From positions 2,294,001 to 2,358,000 of the forward strand of contig CM060731.1 in assembly GCA_030704615.1 (NCBI GenBank): a DNA stretch of 64,000 nucleotides, given 5' to 3'. Positions 36,601-49,568 of this stretch are shown here, piece after piece (position 1 is the first letter of the stretch; every line of letters starts with the position of its first letter). The notes beneath the pieces are model-generated. The model made no database searches, was not told where the DNA came from, and was given only the letters and a program-made list of their open reading frames with translations. Origin of the DNA: Takakia lepidozioides. Taxonomy: Eukaryota; Plantae; Bryophyta. The translations under genes and the position numbers were made by a program.

Positions 36601-36923
36601 CAGTGTTTCTGTGAAATAGTGCTGGCCAGATTGGCCATTCATCCAATCCTGATAAAAACCAGTATCTCTGTGTAGGAATGCTTACGAGCATAGAAGTGTT
36701 TAGACGAGCCCTAAGGGCTAGACGCTTAGGGGGTCGGGGTGGACGATCAGGAGCTCTATGGACAACATTCAAGGATTGTAGCTGCGTTCGAAGGTAAGCA
36801 TTACTATGCGAACATTGAACTGATCAAGGTAGGCTACAACTTGGGTCTATTGGAGTTCATGAGAATGTCTAGAGAAACTTGAGTCTGGTAGCCGTCTTGA
36901 TGTGCCTCCAGTTAATATCCCTG

Positions 36924-39900
36924 TCAAACTCTGGGGATGCCCCCATGGACTGCTGTCCCGATATCCCTCCATGCGACAGGGGGGAGTGCTGACCAGTGGC
37001 ATGTAGATTGATCTCTAGTAGTGCAGAGGTGGCCACCGATTGCCCAAGTGCCCCGGAACGAGGCATGCAATCCTGCTGCATTTTGGGGGGCTCTTCGAAT
37101 ATCTGCACACAGTTTCAACCAGGCCTTTCTTGCCTCAATTTGCAAGTCCCAGAAAATTTTGGAGAGCAGCACAGACGTAGAGCATGTAGAATGTGACAAT
37201 GACCAGGCACACCGTGATTTCCAAATGTGCCACAGAGTAGATGCCCGAAGAGACTCGAAGACCGGACAGTGTATTGTTGTGCTCTTAGAGTGTGCGTCAT
37301 AGTTAAGCAGCAGGTTGATGGGTGACAGTGGTTGAGGGTCCCAATCTCTGTAAAGGTCTTTCACCAGAGTCTAGATTTTTCTGGGAGCGTGGCAGCTAGA
37401 AAGCAATGCTCGAGCGTTTCCAACAAGCTTGAGGTACAACATTTGCATAGAAGGGCTTCCTGAAATTGCAGCCATTCTCCCACCTTGAGCACCCTGTTTG
37501 CAATCTGCCAAAGGAATGCAGATAATTTTGCAGGCCTAGTTTTTCCCCAAACAGAGCCCCAGATAGCTTTCTAGTTCTCATTGTTGAAGCCGTAGGATTG
37601 CCATTTGGTGTTCCATTTATCCTGCAAGGGTTCCGGGGTTGCCATGGCTTTGTATGCCTTCCTAGTGGTGTATGCAAAGAAGGGAGTTGGGGATCCTTTA
37701 AATGACCAGCTCCATTCCTTGGGGTCGAATTGCAGATCTGCCAGAGGTCTTCCCAGAACCCAGAGGAAGGTGGAACACGCCAGCCAGGTGTGAATGGGCA
37801 TAGCCGGGTCTGGGTCCGGGTTCATATCTTTTGAGTTTGAGGACCAGCAGCAAACTCTTATTGGTGTATGAATGAACATAGGGATATGTAACGGGGTCTT
37901 GCTTTGAAGGGATAGAACCATTGTCACTGGGTTGATTGAAAATGGAAATCCAAGTAGGGCATTTTGCATTCTATCCTGAATGAAAAAGACCGAGAGTGTG
38001 TTGTTCACAATTCCCAGAGTCCATAAATTAGTGTTGGGATTTGAGCCTCCAGATTGCAAAATTGCTAGCCAGGAAGATGGTATAGAGTCTTGGACAGCCT
38101 GATAGCCCTTCGCAGCTCTTGCCATTCCAATTTTGAGAGCTATGGATGTATGGTCCTTGAATGAGTGATTGAGCCATATGTCTTTGACTTGAGTGACCCC
38201 GTCTCTGTCCCAAGAAGACCATCTTTTTGCCTGGGATCGTTGCGCTTGAGATGGCTTGTTGTTGTTTAGAAATAAATGTTGCCTCATGGTTTCGTCATAG
38301 GATAGCGGTTCAGATTTTTTGAGGAAAGGTCTCAGCCTTGCCCAGGCATGCCAGATGGTCGACCATAGAGGGGAACCAGCCGTTTTATGTTTGAAACCTT
38401 GTGTCACCCAGCGAAAGGACGGGTTCCATAAACAGTGTCTGAGAGGCGAGCAAGTTTGAATATTCCCTGCCACCAGGAATTTCCACCATCCCCCTTCTGG
38501 GCTGAAGAAGTGTGGTAACCATTTACCAAGTAAGGCCGTGATTTGTGTGTCTAGATCGATTAGGCCCAGGCCCCCTAATTTTTTGGGGAGGCATATTTGC
38601 TTCCAAGATACTTGGGGTCTTTTGCGATTTGAGTGTGAGTCTTTGGCCCCCCAGACAAAGTTCCTAAGGAGAGCTCTGATCTGTTTGGTTTGGGATGGAT
38701 TGGGCCTCCATGATGAGGAGAAAAACCATATTCCAGCCGAGTGAATCTGGTTGGCAGCCAGAACTCTGCCTGTTAGGGAGAGGTGTTTTGACCCCCAGAA
38801 GGCAAGTTTCTTCTTTAGCTTTGTCAAAGTCGGAGCAAAGCGTTGCTCATCTGTTAGATCGATACCAAATGTGTAACCTAGGTATGTTGTTGATTGACCA
38901 GGCCGCAGCCATGAAAGACCTAGATGGGCACCCCATGAAGGGATGGTGCCTATTGAGGATGATGTTGTATTCCTTGCCAGGATTGCCTATGTTTTGGTCT
39001 AGTTGACTTTGAACCCCGAAGCTTGACAAAATGATTCCAGAGTTTCTGATGTGGTATTGAGGTTTGTTGTGGTTGCATCCAGAATTAGAAGAGTGTCATC
39101 AACAAACATGGAGTCTTTGATTTGTGCAGGCTGTTGTGTATGATAGTTAGAGACCTGGAGTCCAAAGATGTCATGGTTGTTTTCTAGCAAATATCCTAGG
39201 GAATCTGCCACGAAGAGGAAAAGGAAAGGAGCAAGGGGGCAGCCTTGCCTGACCGACCTGAAAAGAGAGAATGGTTTGGATAGCTGCCCGTTGACAATGA
39301 CTGTGTTGGAGGAGTTTGCCAACAGAATGCGTACCCACTGACAGAACGAGTCTGGAAGGCCTATCATGGTAAGGGTCCCTAATAGGTATGACCATTCCAC
39401 CCTATCAAAGGCTTTCTCGAAATCTAGGAGCAACAAAGCAATGGTTTGGTTGGTTTTTTGAGCGAAGAGTGGCGCCTCTTGAACCAAGAGCAGGTTGTCC
39501 ATGATTTAGCGACCCTTAATGAACCGGTTTGGTTTGGCCTAATTAGTTTAGGCAGCAGTGGTTGTAGACGTAGCGCCAGTGCTTTGGCTATGATCTTGTA
39601 AGCCACGTTGAGAAGGGTGATGGGGCGGTAGTTAGATAAGTTGGTACGGTCCCCTTTCTTGAAGAGGAGAGTCACCATCCCCCTGGGACATGGAGGCGGG
39701 CATCAGACCTATCTCAAATATGTGATTTGCCATGGCGAGAAAGTCTTTGGCAATTTCTTTCCAAAGGCTTTTGTAGAACTCCACAGGTAGTCCGTCCAGC
39801 CCTGGCGATTTTCCATTGTGCATCTTGGAGAGGGCTATCTCTAGCTCCTTTTCTGTGAATGGTCCTTCCAGAGTAGCTGCCAGGTCTCCGGAAAGGATAG

Positions 39901-41232
39901 TGGGAGTTTTTAACAAGCAGTCTAGTTGATGATGAGATAGAGTCGTGTCTCCCCCAGAGCTGCTGTAGAAGAGGGACTGAAGGTGTCTTTCTGCCATTCT
40001 TGCAAGTTGTTTGGGATCAGAGGCTACCTCACCCGAGGTTTGGTCGATCAGTTCAGTGATGTTTTGGGATGATCTACGAAGCTTTGTTTTGTCAAAGAAG
40101 TATTTTGTCATCTTCTCACCCTTTGTAGACCAGTTGATGCCTGCTTGAAGTTTAAGTTTTTGGTCTAAAGTTGATTGCAGGTTTTCGAGGTTTTGTTTTG
40201 CTTCTAGATATGTCATGTGTGTATGCAGATCACGTCTGGGGGATTCTATTCTAGCTTGACAAGCGGAAAGGCATTTTGTCAAGGCTTTGATTTTCCGGGA
40301 GCGGGCCAGGGCCAACACTTTGCTCATAACTTGAGCAGCGTTGGACGTGGCTTTGAGCTTGGCTTTGAACTTCGAGGTTGGGTCTCTGGCAAGCATGCCT
40401 GCTTGAGACCATGCTTGTACAAGGCCTTGTTTGAAGGAGGTGAGTTTAAGCAAGGAGGAGTTCAGCTTAAAAGTGCCTCTTCCTCTAGCCTGAGTGTTAG
40501 GGATGTTGAGGTCGGAGCCTCAGGGTTTCTAGAGATCCATTGAGCTAGATTTAGAGATGTGTAGAATCTGTCTAGCCTGGCCATTTGTAAGTGATTGAGC
40601 GATCTGTTGTTTGTCCAGGTAAATGCGGGGCGGTTGGAGTTGGGGTGAGAGGAGGTGATGGCTTCCGTAAGGTTATGGTTTTGGTGAAGGGAGTTCCACG
40701 AGTCTGTCTCTGCCTGGGATGGGTTGGATGAGGAAGGTCCCCTGCGATCTTGAAGGGTTTCGACCATATTGAAATCTCCCATCAAGATCCAGCTATCTAG
40801 GTACGGCTTGTCTTTCATTTTATTGTCTATGGCCGACCAGAAATCAGTCCTATCCACAGTTGAGTTGGGGGCGTAGATGTTGACTATTCCTATGGAGCCT
40901 GCATTGTTTGGGAGGTTAATAGCACAAAATTGAGCTCTACCTGGGATCCATAATTCTTCTGAGACCATGAGAGCGTGGATGGAGGGAGAGAGGAGGATGG
41001 CAGTGCCTCCCCTAGAGCCCACCGACGTGGGTTTCCAAAGAGATAGAGTTTTGGGCCACAAGTGGTCTAAGAGTTCCAAGATTTTGAGTGTGTTTAGTTT
41101 ATGTTCTTGAATGGCTACTATGGCGTCTTGCTGCAGCATAGGGCTGAGCCAAGATCGGAGCCTGACTCTTTTAAGGGAGTTTGGCCCCTGGCCCAGACCC
41201 CGAATATTCCAAGAGTCCAGGTTAATCAACAT
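36924..41232 (-). pseudogene. LINE ORF2 (APE endonuclease, reverse transcriptase, C-terminal zinc-binding region), frameshifted
   Basis: SWNIRGL, AIQEHK, MGDFN, ARLDRFY; KSPGLDG, NYRPITLLN, LDFEKAFDRV, RQGCPLAP, FVDD; LWHIWKSRC. Confidence 0.95.
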
Positions 41233-43881
41233 GAAGAGGGACTTCTAGGGCTAGAGTATTACTCACATTTGATGGCCCAGGGTGATCAAAATAGAATTTG
41301 ACCCTTTTGTCTGTGGGGAGCAGGTTGTTTACCCATTGAAAACCAGTGGGAGGCTTGGGGGTTTGTTTTTTTATCATCACCATGACGACAGTGTGAATAA
41401 GATTCGGCGGGATTGTGGCAGTAAATTGGCCTTGGTGTGGCTGGAGAGCTGAGATAGAAATAAGACTGCCTGCTTTATGTAGGATTTCTGCGGGCGGATG
41501 TAACTGAAGTGGTGGTGTGGGACTAGAGACATGTGTATAAGGTAAAGCTAGTGTTTGAGGCAAAAAGATTGTCGGGATTTTCCTGCAAGCCTGTTTAACT
41601 CCCTTACAACAAAGCAACCAACATCTTTTGGAATTGAGTCTGTCTAGGTAGAAGATAAAACAGGGAGCGGGAGGAAGAAAAACCTGGCCCAGTGTGTTGC
41701 ATTGCTCCTCCGAAGATGGGCCAGATAGAGGTGCATGTTGTCCCTGGGTTGATCCTTCCTGTGGAGAATTGTCCGAAGAAAGCTGGGGCTGACCAGTGAG
41801 TCCTTGAATTGCATTGGCAGATAGCTCCTGGTCTTGTGCGGCCTCCTTTGGGCAGTCCGAATTTCCCGAAACACTCGATGAGGAGGATGTGGACTGCATT
41901 TGAACACCATACAGGTGGTCTCTTGTTCTCTGCAAGTCCCCTCTGTGGTTTTCTTCATCAATATCCGCTTCCATGATGGCCTCAAGGATAGAGAATGCAT
42001 TTGTGAGTGTGTCCCTGAATCTGGGTTTGAGTCTGGTGGCCCCTCTTGGCTCTGCCAGGATGCTTTTTTTGTTGCAACTGAGCCCAGGGAAGTTTTCTAG
42101 AAAGGAGTCCCAAAATACTTTTGTGGTTCCTGCTAGGTGATAGTGCGGTAGGAAAGCCAGCAAGAAGTCCTGAATTCTCTTTCTGAGCATATTTTCTGGA
42201 CATGTGCTGGGTGGACAATTGGCAATGAAGTTGTGAACGTCCTGAACAGTAATCCACAAGGAAGCAAAATCCTCCCATGACAAGAAGGGACTGTGGGGGT
42301 CCTTTCCTGAACACTAACGGGGTTATGCATGAGGCCTTGGGGATGTCATCTGTGTTGATTGCAGAGGAGCAGTTAAGAGCGAGGTGTGGGAAGGATTTGA
42401 TACCTCTGAATTTTTTTGCAATTGCGGAGTGGCTGGCAATCCCAGTGAGGATTGTGGTTTTTGGTGGAGGCACGTTGGGGAGAATACCTGTGTCCGCGAG
42501 AGGTGGAGTTGGAGAAGGCAGTGCATTCTGCATTGGGATCCATTTCCCTTTGGAGTTCCAAGAAGCCTTTTTTGGGGATGCTTCCGCTCGCATAGGATCA
42601 TCATGTTGTCTTAGCTTTTTGTTTACTCTGGGTAGGGGGCTGGTGCTTTTGGGCTGCGTTGCTTCCTCCTCGGCAAGCCCATGCATCTGCAGCAGATCAG
42701 TTGGGGAGAGGCCCTTTGGCTGTTCTCTCCTTACAAAGCTTGCAGACTGCCTTGGTGGTGTGTTTGCATCATACCTGTTGGCCGATTGGGGGGTTGTATG
42801 GTGGTTTTTGACTCCGGATCTTCTCATTTTCTGTGCTTTGCATTGTGCTTTGATGTGGCCCAGCTTCCCACAGTTGAAGCACGCTTGTGATGATGTATCC
42901 TCAATAAGCTTGATGGTGAAGTAGTTACCTTCCTCATCAATTGGTAGCCTGACATAGGGCGGAAGGACAACCTCATTGGGCATCATTAAAACAAATTTTG
43001 CGCTACCCGAGTCATTCACTCTTGAGGCAATGGTGGTGGCTCTCCAAGCCGGATCGTTCCTGATATTGTCCATACACATGAAGGGGTCGAATACTGAGAT
43101 GCAGCCCAGATAGAACCCAAAGTGGTTGGCTATATCAGGGAGGTTGGGTAGATATTGATCTGGAATGAATGGGACTGATACAATTCTTGGTCCCCACAGT
43201 TTGCATTCCGGTTGCCCATGTTGGAAGACCAAGGGAAGATATTGACGTTGAACCCATATATGTGAGGATTGAAATTGAGGGCTTGTGGTGCAGCTGCCTA
43301 GTTTTCAAATGCAATTGAGAAAAAACCCCTACCCTTGTAGTGGCAGAACTACTGCTTTAGCTCCCCTGCTCCCCCAAAGTGGCGAGTCGCCCAGTCTCGG
43401 ACATATGCTCGGCCAACTTTTCTCCCTAGAAAGTGACCATGATGCCTCTTTCTTCCAGAGATACCACTCTCTTGCGCATCTGAGGTACATTCATGGAGAT
43501 AAGATCTCATTCGCATGCCATCGCCTCCTGTTCTTCCAAATCTTCTTTCAACAGAAAGGCATGTACGTCCAGGGGGGTGTTATCCATGGTTGGAGCGATT
43601 CCCCCCTGACGAGCTTGTACGTGTTGATGTGCGAGCTGTTTCTCGCATACGGGGGTTCCCGGCCACCTGGTCTGCAGATGGTGTGACGCGAGCATGGGGG
43701 GGTCTGACCTCCTGGCCTGGAGCTGATGTGGAAGGATCGCCTGAGCCTGGTGGGCCAGGAAGAATCCTGTTCCTGAAGATGGCTGGGGTCGGGTGATCAG
43801 CGGGGTTCTGGATGGGCCTGGATGGCACCGCTTCCAGGAGTTGGAGTTGCGACGGCGCTGCGCTACATTGAGAGGACCCAT
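41222..43881 (-). pseudogene. LINE ORF1 region with a CCHC knuckle
   Basis: CFNCGKLGHIKAQC in 41982-43232; ORF 41222-42283 overlaps the ORF2 start. Confidence 0.7.
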
Positions 43882-45953
43882 CTCATGGAGAAGAGAAACT
43901 TAGGAAGGAGAGTTAAGAAGAAGACACGAAAAAACAAGACTGTTTGCAGCAGTGAATAGAGTTTGGAGAGATAAGCGCTAAGACTGGATGACTTAGAGAG
44001 TGTGTGAGAAGCGATAGTGAGAGTGTGGAGGGGGTTTGGGGTAGTTGGTTTCGGCCACCGGGGGGCTCGACTAGGTGGCAGGGGCGAAGTTAAGCGTCAT
44101 GAAGATGACGGCGACTGCAGGGGCTTTGGAATCCCAATACGGATGAAATGCGCCATTTACTTGTGGGAGAGTTAAGTGAGAGATCCAGGATGAAGAGGTG
44201 ATGATGGTGGGCTTGCAAAATGGGAAACTTGAATTTCTGTGATCCGGACTGAGAAGTTATCAATAAAGTTAGTATCCAACGTAATAGAAGCTTCTGAGGT
44301 TTGGGTTATGCTATTGGTATTTCCCCCAAACGATAGGGAGGTAGCCGATGCAAGCGATGGTGAGGCCTGGGAGGGAGATGAAGAGACCGTTGGGGGCTCA
44401 CTCTCACCGCAAACCACGGAGCTCCTACATCGCGCCCTCCTTGAGTTCCCTCTCAATGATCGGCTGACTTCAACTCTCTTGTTTTGGCTTCTTTCCCAAG
44501 TACACCCATCAAGTGACATTTGTTTTCCAATTCCTCTGGTAAGTAAGTGCACAGTAACATTTCATGGTGCCTTGTCCAAATTTTTTGGCATTATGATAAA
44601 TTTTCAGCCCTAGATGTTATCTTGAAGATTGCCCATTTGGCTGCCACGTAGGCGGGTCAATGGTGCACTGGATTTCCTGAAACCTTGGCACTTTGCAAAA
44701 TTCTAGGGAGCAGAGCTTTTATGATTTTTTGGCGCTGTAAATTCCCACATGTGCTCCTCTCTGACATCTATAATTCATCTTCAAGGTTCACTTCCATCCA
44801 CTATCATCCATGGGAACTCGAGCGTGGCAAGTAATCTGACACGACCCGAATCGGGTCGCGTTATCCTTTAGGGTTCTAAAATCTCATTTCTACATGTGGG
44901 GCCACTTGGATGCTATGGTGAATGGTCATAGGCTTATGAGGCACATGGACATTTGACTAATCCAACGCAGCCTTACACATCAAACAACCACGTTAAAAAA
45001 AATAAGGTAACAATGGTTATGGATGATTGGATGCACTATGTATAGTGCAAGTCCCCCGCATACGGCGGTGTGAGGGGAGTAGTCGGAGGGCATACCCCGA
45101 GGCAGTACGACCCGAACACTAAGGTGGGCTCGAAGTGGGGGACTTCCCCTGCGTAAAGACAGAGGGTTCTTTCCCGCGTGGATGGCTGAGATCTCCTGAA
45201 GATCTGCATGGATGGCTCAGATCCCTAGAACTAAAATAACAGAAATGAATTTAGAAAAGAAAAGATGACAAGGCGTAAGATCCCTGCCCTAGGGATCTTA
45301 GGCCGCAAGGTTGTTGACATGATATTCAGTCAGATAACGTCCTGCAAATACAAAGGGAAAAAACCCGTAGGTTTTTACGGACCTCGTTTTGGACCCCCCT
45401 CTCTTTCAGCTAGACGGAAAATTCACTCATCTTGTCCGTATATAATGTTTTTATCCATTGATTTTAAAGCCTATTTCGCCAGCTTTGTAATGGACTTTGA
45501 ACAGATGAAATTCGTTTAGAACTTCATCCTATATGGATGAAAACGTCCTTAAGGGTATAGTCGTAGGCCAACATAGCCTACATTATAAACTTACGCAGAT
45601 GATAACCTAGGTTCGGATCGTTGGTAAGGCTTAGCATAATCTGGATGATGTGTTGGCCTGTGGAGAGGTGACACGCAGACATGACAAGGTGTGTCCGGTC
45701 GCCACGATACCCTACCAGGGGTGGCTGGAGCATCGGTGATGCTCCTTGCAAGCCAATCACCCACAGCACAGCGAGAGTAGATAAGAGGGGGGCAAGGGCA
45801 AACCACCGTAAGTGCTTATGTGTACATCTGGGTTTGTACATATTTAGGCGTGTGATGCCATGAAGTTTTGGTTCGGGGTTTTCGTCATCTTTGGCTCCCT
45901 TAAGTTTGTGAAAACCTTGTTTGCATGAGGAGGGAGGTCTGCATGTGATTGAC

Positions 45954-47861
45954 ATGGGGGCAATGCAGTTGAGCAGCAGTAGCAGCCTGCAGGGAGGATG
46001 TTTCAGAGGTCAAGGTAGTGCGTCGAAATGGCGGAATCGTTGCTCCAGAGTAAGTGATGGAATTCCCATCAGAATCCCGCTTTCGTTGACAAATCCAGTA
46101 TTCTGTCCTTCCTTGGAGGCTTGTGGAAAGAGGGTGCATCGTTATCAAGAGCCCAGCCGGCGCATTTGCTGCAGTGGAATCAAGCAAGAGTCAGTGCGGG
46201 CATGGCCGGTACGTGATAATGATGTGGCGGTGTCTAATAGTTCTGATATGGTTGGGATGGAGGAGGGGGAGCTACGGCACGGTGTGATGGAAACCCACTC
46301 TGAGAACAACAGCAAGCCCCCGAAAACTGTTTACAGCATTGTGTTTGTATCAGCTGAGGTTGCTCCTTACTCAAAGACTGGGGGGTTGGGCGATGTGTGT
46401 GGGTCATTGCCGATTGCACTCGCACAACGCGGGCACCGTGTGTTAGTGGTGTCTCCACGCTACATGAATGGAGTCACCGATTCTGTGTATGCAGGGGCAT
46501 TTGATTGCCAGTGCCGTATTAATGTTGGTTGCTTTAATGCCTCCCATGAAGTTGCCTTCTTCCACGAGTTTCGGGCTGGGGTCGACTGGGTGTTTGTGGA
46601 TCACCCCTCATACCACAGGCCCGGAACTCCGTATGGGGATACAAGGGGAGCATTTGGGGACAACCAGTTCCGGTTCACACTACTCTGCCATGCCGCTTGT
46701 GAGGCACCTTTGGTGCTTCCATTGGGCGGTTATGCATATGGGGACAGGTGTTTGTTCATTGCCAATGATTGGCATGCTGGTCTGGTTCCGGTTCTTCTTG
46801 CAGCTAAATACCGCCGGCATGGTGTGTACCTTGGATCTAGGTGTATCGTGGCAATTCATAATCTTGCACATCAGGGTGTGGAGCCTGGAACCACATATGC
46901 AAACCTCGGATTGCCACCGGAATGGTACAGCGCACTGGAGTGGGTGTTTCCCACCTGGGCGCGTAAGCACGCACTGGACAGGGGCGAGGCTGTCAACCAT
47001 CTCAAGGGTGCACTTGTCACTGCTGACCGCATTCTTACTGTCAGCCAGGGTTATGCATGGGAAATAACCACATTGGAGGGTGGCTGTGGACTGGATGGCA
47101 TTCTCGGCAGCAGAAAATCAGTCATAGATGGTATCACGAATGGCGTAGATATAGAGGATTGGAATCCTGCTACGGATAAGTATCTACCTTCGACTTATGC
47201 GATGGAAAACCTTGATGGAAAAGCTGAGTGTAAGGCAGCTTTGCAGAAGGAGCTTGGTCTGCCAGTTAGGTCTGAAATACCTCTGATTGGTTTCATTGGG
47301 CGCCTTGACTATCAGAAGGGCCCTGATATCATCCAAGCTGGTCTTCCTGAATTACTGTCTGATGACCTTCAGCTGGTGATGTTGGGTAGTGGCGACCCTG
47401 ATGTCGAGAAATGGATGGCATGGGCAGAGTCACAGTACAGGGACAGGTTTCGGGGCTGGGTTGGCTTTAGTGTGCCTGTTGCACATAGGATCACTGCTGG
47501 ATGTGACATTCTTCTGATGCCATCCAGGTTTGAGCCTTGTGGTCTAAATCAGTTGTATGCAATGCAGTATGGCACTGTACCGGTTGCTCACTCAACAGGT
47601 GGTCTCAGGGACACAATAGACAACTTCGACCCATTTGCAGATGAAGGCATGGGGTCTGGGACCGGCTGGACTTTCTCACCATTGTCCAAAGATGCCATGG
47701 TAGGGATATTGTGGACAGCAATCTTCACTTTCCGAAATGACAAGGATGGTTGGAGGCGCATGATGCAGCGAGGCATGTCCAAGGACTTCTCATGGGATCG
47801 TGCAGCACTACAGTATGAGCAAGTGTTTGATTGGGCTATGATTGATCCACCATATGCCTAG
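45954..47861 (+). CDS. SS1: Soluble starch synthase I (GT5), plastid-targeted, coding region intronless
   Basis: Intact ORF with Ser/Arg-rich transit-like N-terminus; EVAPYSKTGGLGDV, ANDWH, GRLDYQKG, PSRFEPCGLNQLYAM, TGGLRDT; SSI-type C-terminus FDWAMIDPPYA. First in-frame ATG is at 45954. Confidence 0.93.
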   Translation: MGAMQLSSSSSLQGGCFRGQGSASKWRNRCSRVSDGIPIRIPLSLTNPVFCPSLEACGKRVHRYQEPSRRICCSGIKQESVRAWPVRDNDVAVSNSSDMVGMEEGELRHGVMETHSENNSKPPKTVYSIVFVSAEVAPYSKTGGLGDVCGSLPIALAQRGHRVLVVSPRYMNGVTDSVYAGAFDCQCRINVGCFNASHEVAFFHEFRAGVDWVFVDHPSYHRPGTPYGDTRGAFGDNQFRFTLLCHAACEAPLVLPLGGYAYGDRCLFIANDWHAGLVPVLLAAKYRRHGVYLGSRCIVAIHNLAHQGVEPGTTYANLGLPPEWYSALEWVFPTWARKHALDRGEAVNHLKGALVTADRILTVSQGYAWEITTLEGGCGLDGILGSRKSVIDGITNGVDIEDWNPATDKYLPSTYAMENLDGKAECKAALQKELGLPVRSEIPLIGFIGRLDYQKGPDIIQAGLPELLSDDLQLVMLGSGDPDVEKWMAWAESQYRDRFRGWVGFSVPVAHRITAGCDILLMPSRFEPCGLNQLYAMQYGTVPVAHSTGGLRDTIDNFDPFADEGMGSGTGWTFSPLSKDAMVGILWTAIFTFRNDKDGWRRMMQRGMSKDFSWDRAALQYEQVFDWAMIDPPYA

Positions 47862-48740
47862 AAGATTGCCTGACAGGATTGTTGGCTTGAGAAGATACAC
47901 TGGCAGCTGCACCACTTGGTTTTCCCGACACTGACAGGACAAAAGCAGATGACCATAGAACAACAGAAGTAGGTAGAGGAGAAGCAACTACAAAATCATG
48001 TACACACATGTTTAATTTTTACGATTTTCTTAGGTAGTGTTAGTGGGTGCCTTGCAGTTTCAGGATCAATTGTAGCCAAGAGAGCAGGCAGGCCTCAATT
48101 GGTAGGCCCGCATATGATGCCCAAGCAAGAGTTCCGGATTTTGTGGCCAACTGATCTTAGCTGCTGTGGTTTGTTCCCTATCCCAAAGTTCCTGCCTCTC
48201 GCTTCATTTTCCGCCCATCCGTGATCATCCACACCTCACTCCCTGGGTGTAATCTTCAAGCTACTTAAAGCTACACCAAGCATGGTGTAATGAGTAGGCC
48301 TAAATTTGCTTTGTTCCCCACCAGAATGAAATGTTTTCCAAATGGACAGTTTGTTTTGACAGGCAGAGTGTTGATCCATTGTTCGTCTGAACACCACTTG
48401 ACAGGCAGAGCTCACTAGTGGAACATACCTTACTTTTTGTACAAAGGCTGTAAAGATATGAAGGTATTGTCACTTCTGTCAGACTCCAATGTGCGATATT
48501 TATGATCTTGTTAGAGTTGCTTGCAGGAAGAATAGTGTGAGTGAGTAGTGTGACTGAGGATTATGAGGCTCGGTAGGGCTAACTTCCCCCCACATGGCTC
48601 AAAGCCTCGCTTGTTATGGTCCTTTTGCAACTGGCTTGTCAATGCATTTTATATTGGAAAGATTGTCCCACTTTTGCCAAGGATACTATTGAGTAGCAGT
48701 GCATAGTGGTTTTGGCAGCGAGAGAAGCATTTAGTTGTGA

Positions 48741-49568
48741 ATGGCGTGCCAATCGAAGTCAATGCTCCATTCCAGTGCAATAGCCCAACCATTTGTTGTT
48801 GGAGTTGCCATCCCTACCGATATGGATACGACGTGCCATCCAGATTCATATCTATCTGAGAATGCTGTTGAGGATATAGATCTTGTTCATTTGTCTTGTC
48901 CCCCTTCATTGAGATCAGCTTCATATCGTGGGATGAAGGCATATGGAAACCATTATCGAGTGGACGATACGGACAGTCGTTCGCTTGTATCTTTTGATTC
49001 CGGCGTTGCATCGGTCTTCCACCAAGAGAGTAGAAATAGTGTGTGTGATAAGAATCCAATCATGTCACCATTGGAGTACATTGGGGTCATCAAAGAGATC
49101 TTGAAGCTAGATTATGGACGGGTACACCCAATTGTATTTCGTTGTGCTTGGGTGAGGGCCAACGTTGTTGGAGAGAATGCTACAATGAAAAGGGATTCAT
49201 ATGGTTTCCTTCTTGCAAATTTTGGGCCTGAAGATGAACAACCTTTCATTTTTCCATCTCAAGTTCAACAAGTTTTCTTTTCCGATGAGGCAGTAGGTTC
49301 AGATTGGAAGGTAGTCCTTCGGAAGGATCCAAGAGCAAGAAGAGTTGTGGCGGATGTTGTTCAATATAACATGGGAGAAAATGCAGATTCTGATGGCCTA
49401 CGGGTATCATTGGCATTATCGGATCAGCCCATATCCAGATCATTGGATGGTGCCACAACTCTAAATAAAGAAGAGGCTATCACAAGAAGAAATCATGTCT
49501 TTTCCCACTGCACTGTTTTACGACTCATATCTGGTATGACTATACAAATCATTACCTTACGACTCTAG
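48741..49568 (+). pseudogene. CACTA transposase C-terminal remnant (DUF4216-like)
   Basis: DSGVASVF..YIGVIKEILKLDYG..VFRCAWV..PFIFPSQVQQVFF..WKVVL. Confidence 0.8.

Larger units (their letters stand above)
36360..44476 (-). mobile_element. Near full-length L1-clade LINE (decayed)
   Basis: Poly-A tail (T run ~36356-36380); putative TSD TCTTGTTTT at 36351-36359 and 44477-44485; ORF1 and ORF2 remnants. Confidence 0.85.
35950..44873 (-). mobile_element. piggyBac-like non-autonomous element split by a LINE
   Basis: TTAA|CCCCTAAAGGACGAG at 35946-35964; degenerate opposite end CGACCCGAATCGGGTCG..TCCTTTAGGG at 44842-44873; internal blocks match 56326-57350 in reverse orientation. Confidence 0.6.

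Noticed and set aside
45040-45185. Au/RTE-related SINE
   Set aside because: Only vague resemblance; no clear A/B boxes, tail or TSD.
45921-47861. Horizontally acquired bacterial glgA explaining the lack of introns
   Set aside because: The transit-peptide-like N-terminus and plant SSI-specific motifs, including the C-terminal DPPY, point to plant origin. That DPPY is also unrelated to a methyltransferase motif.
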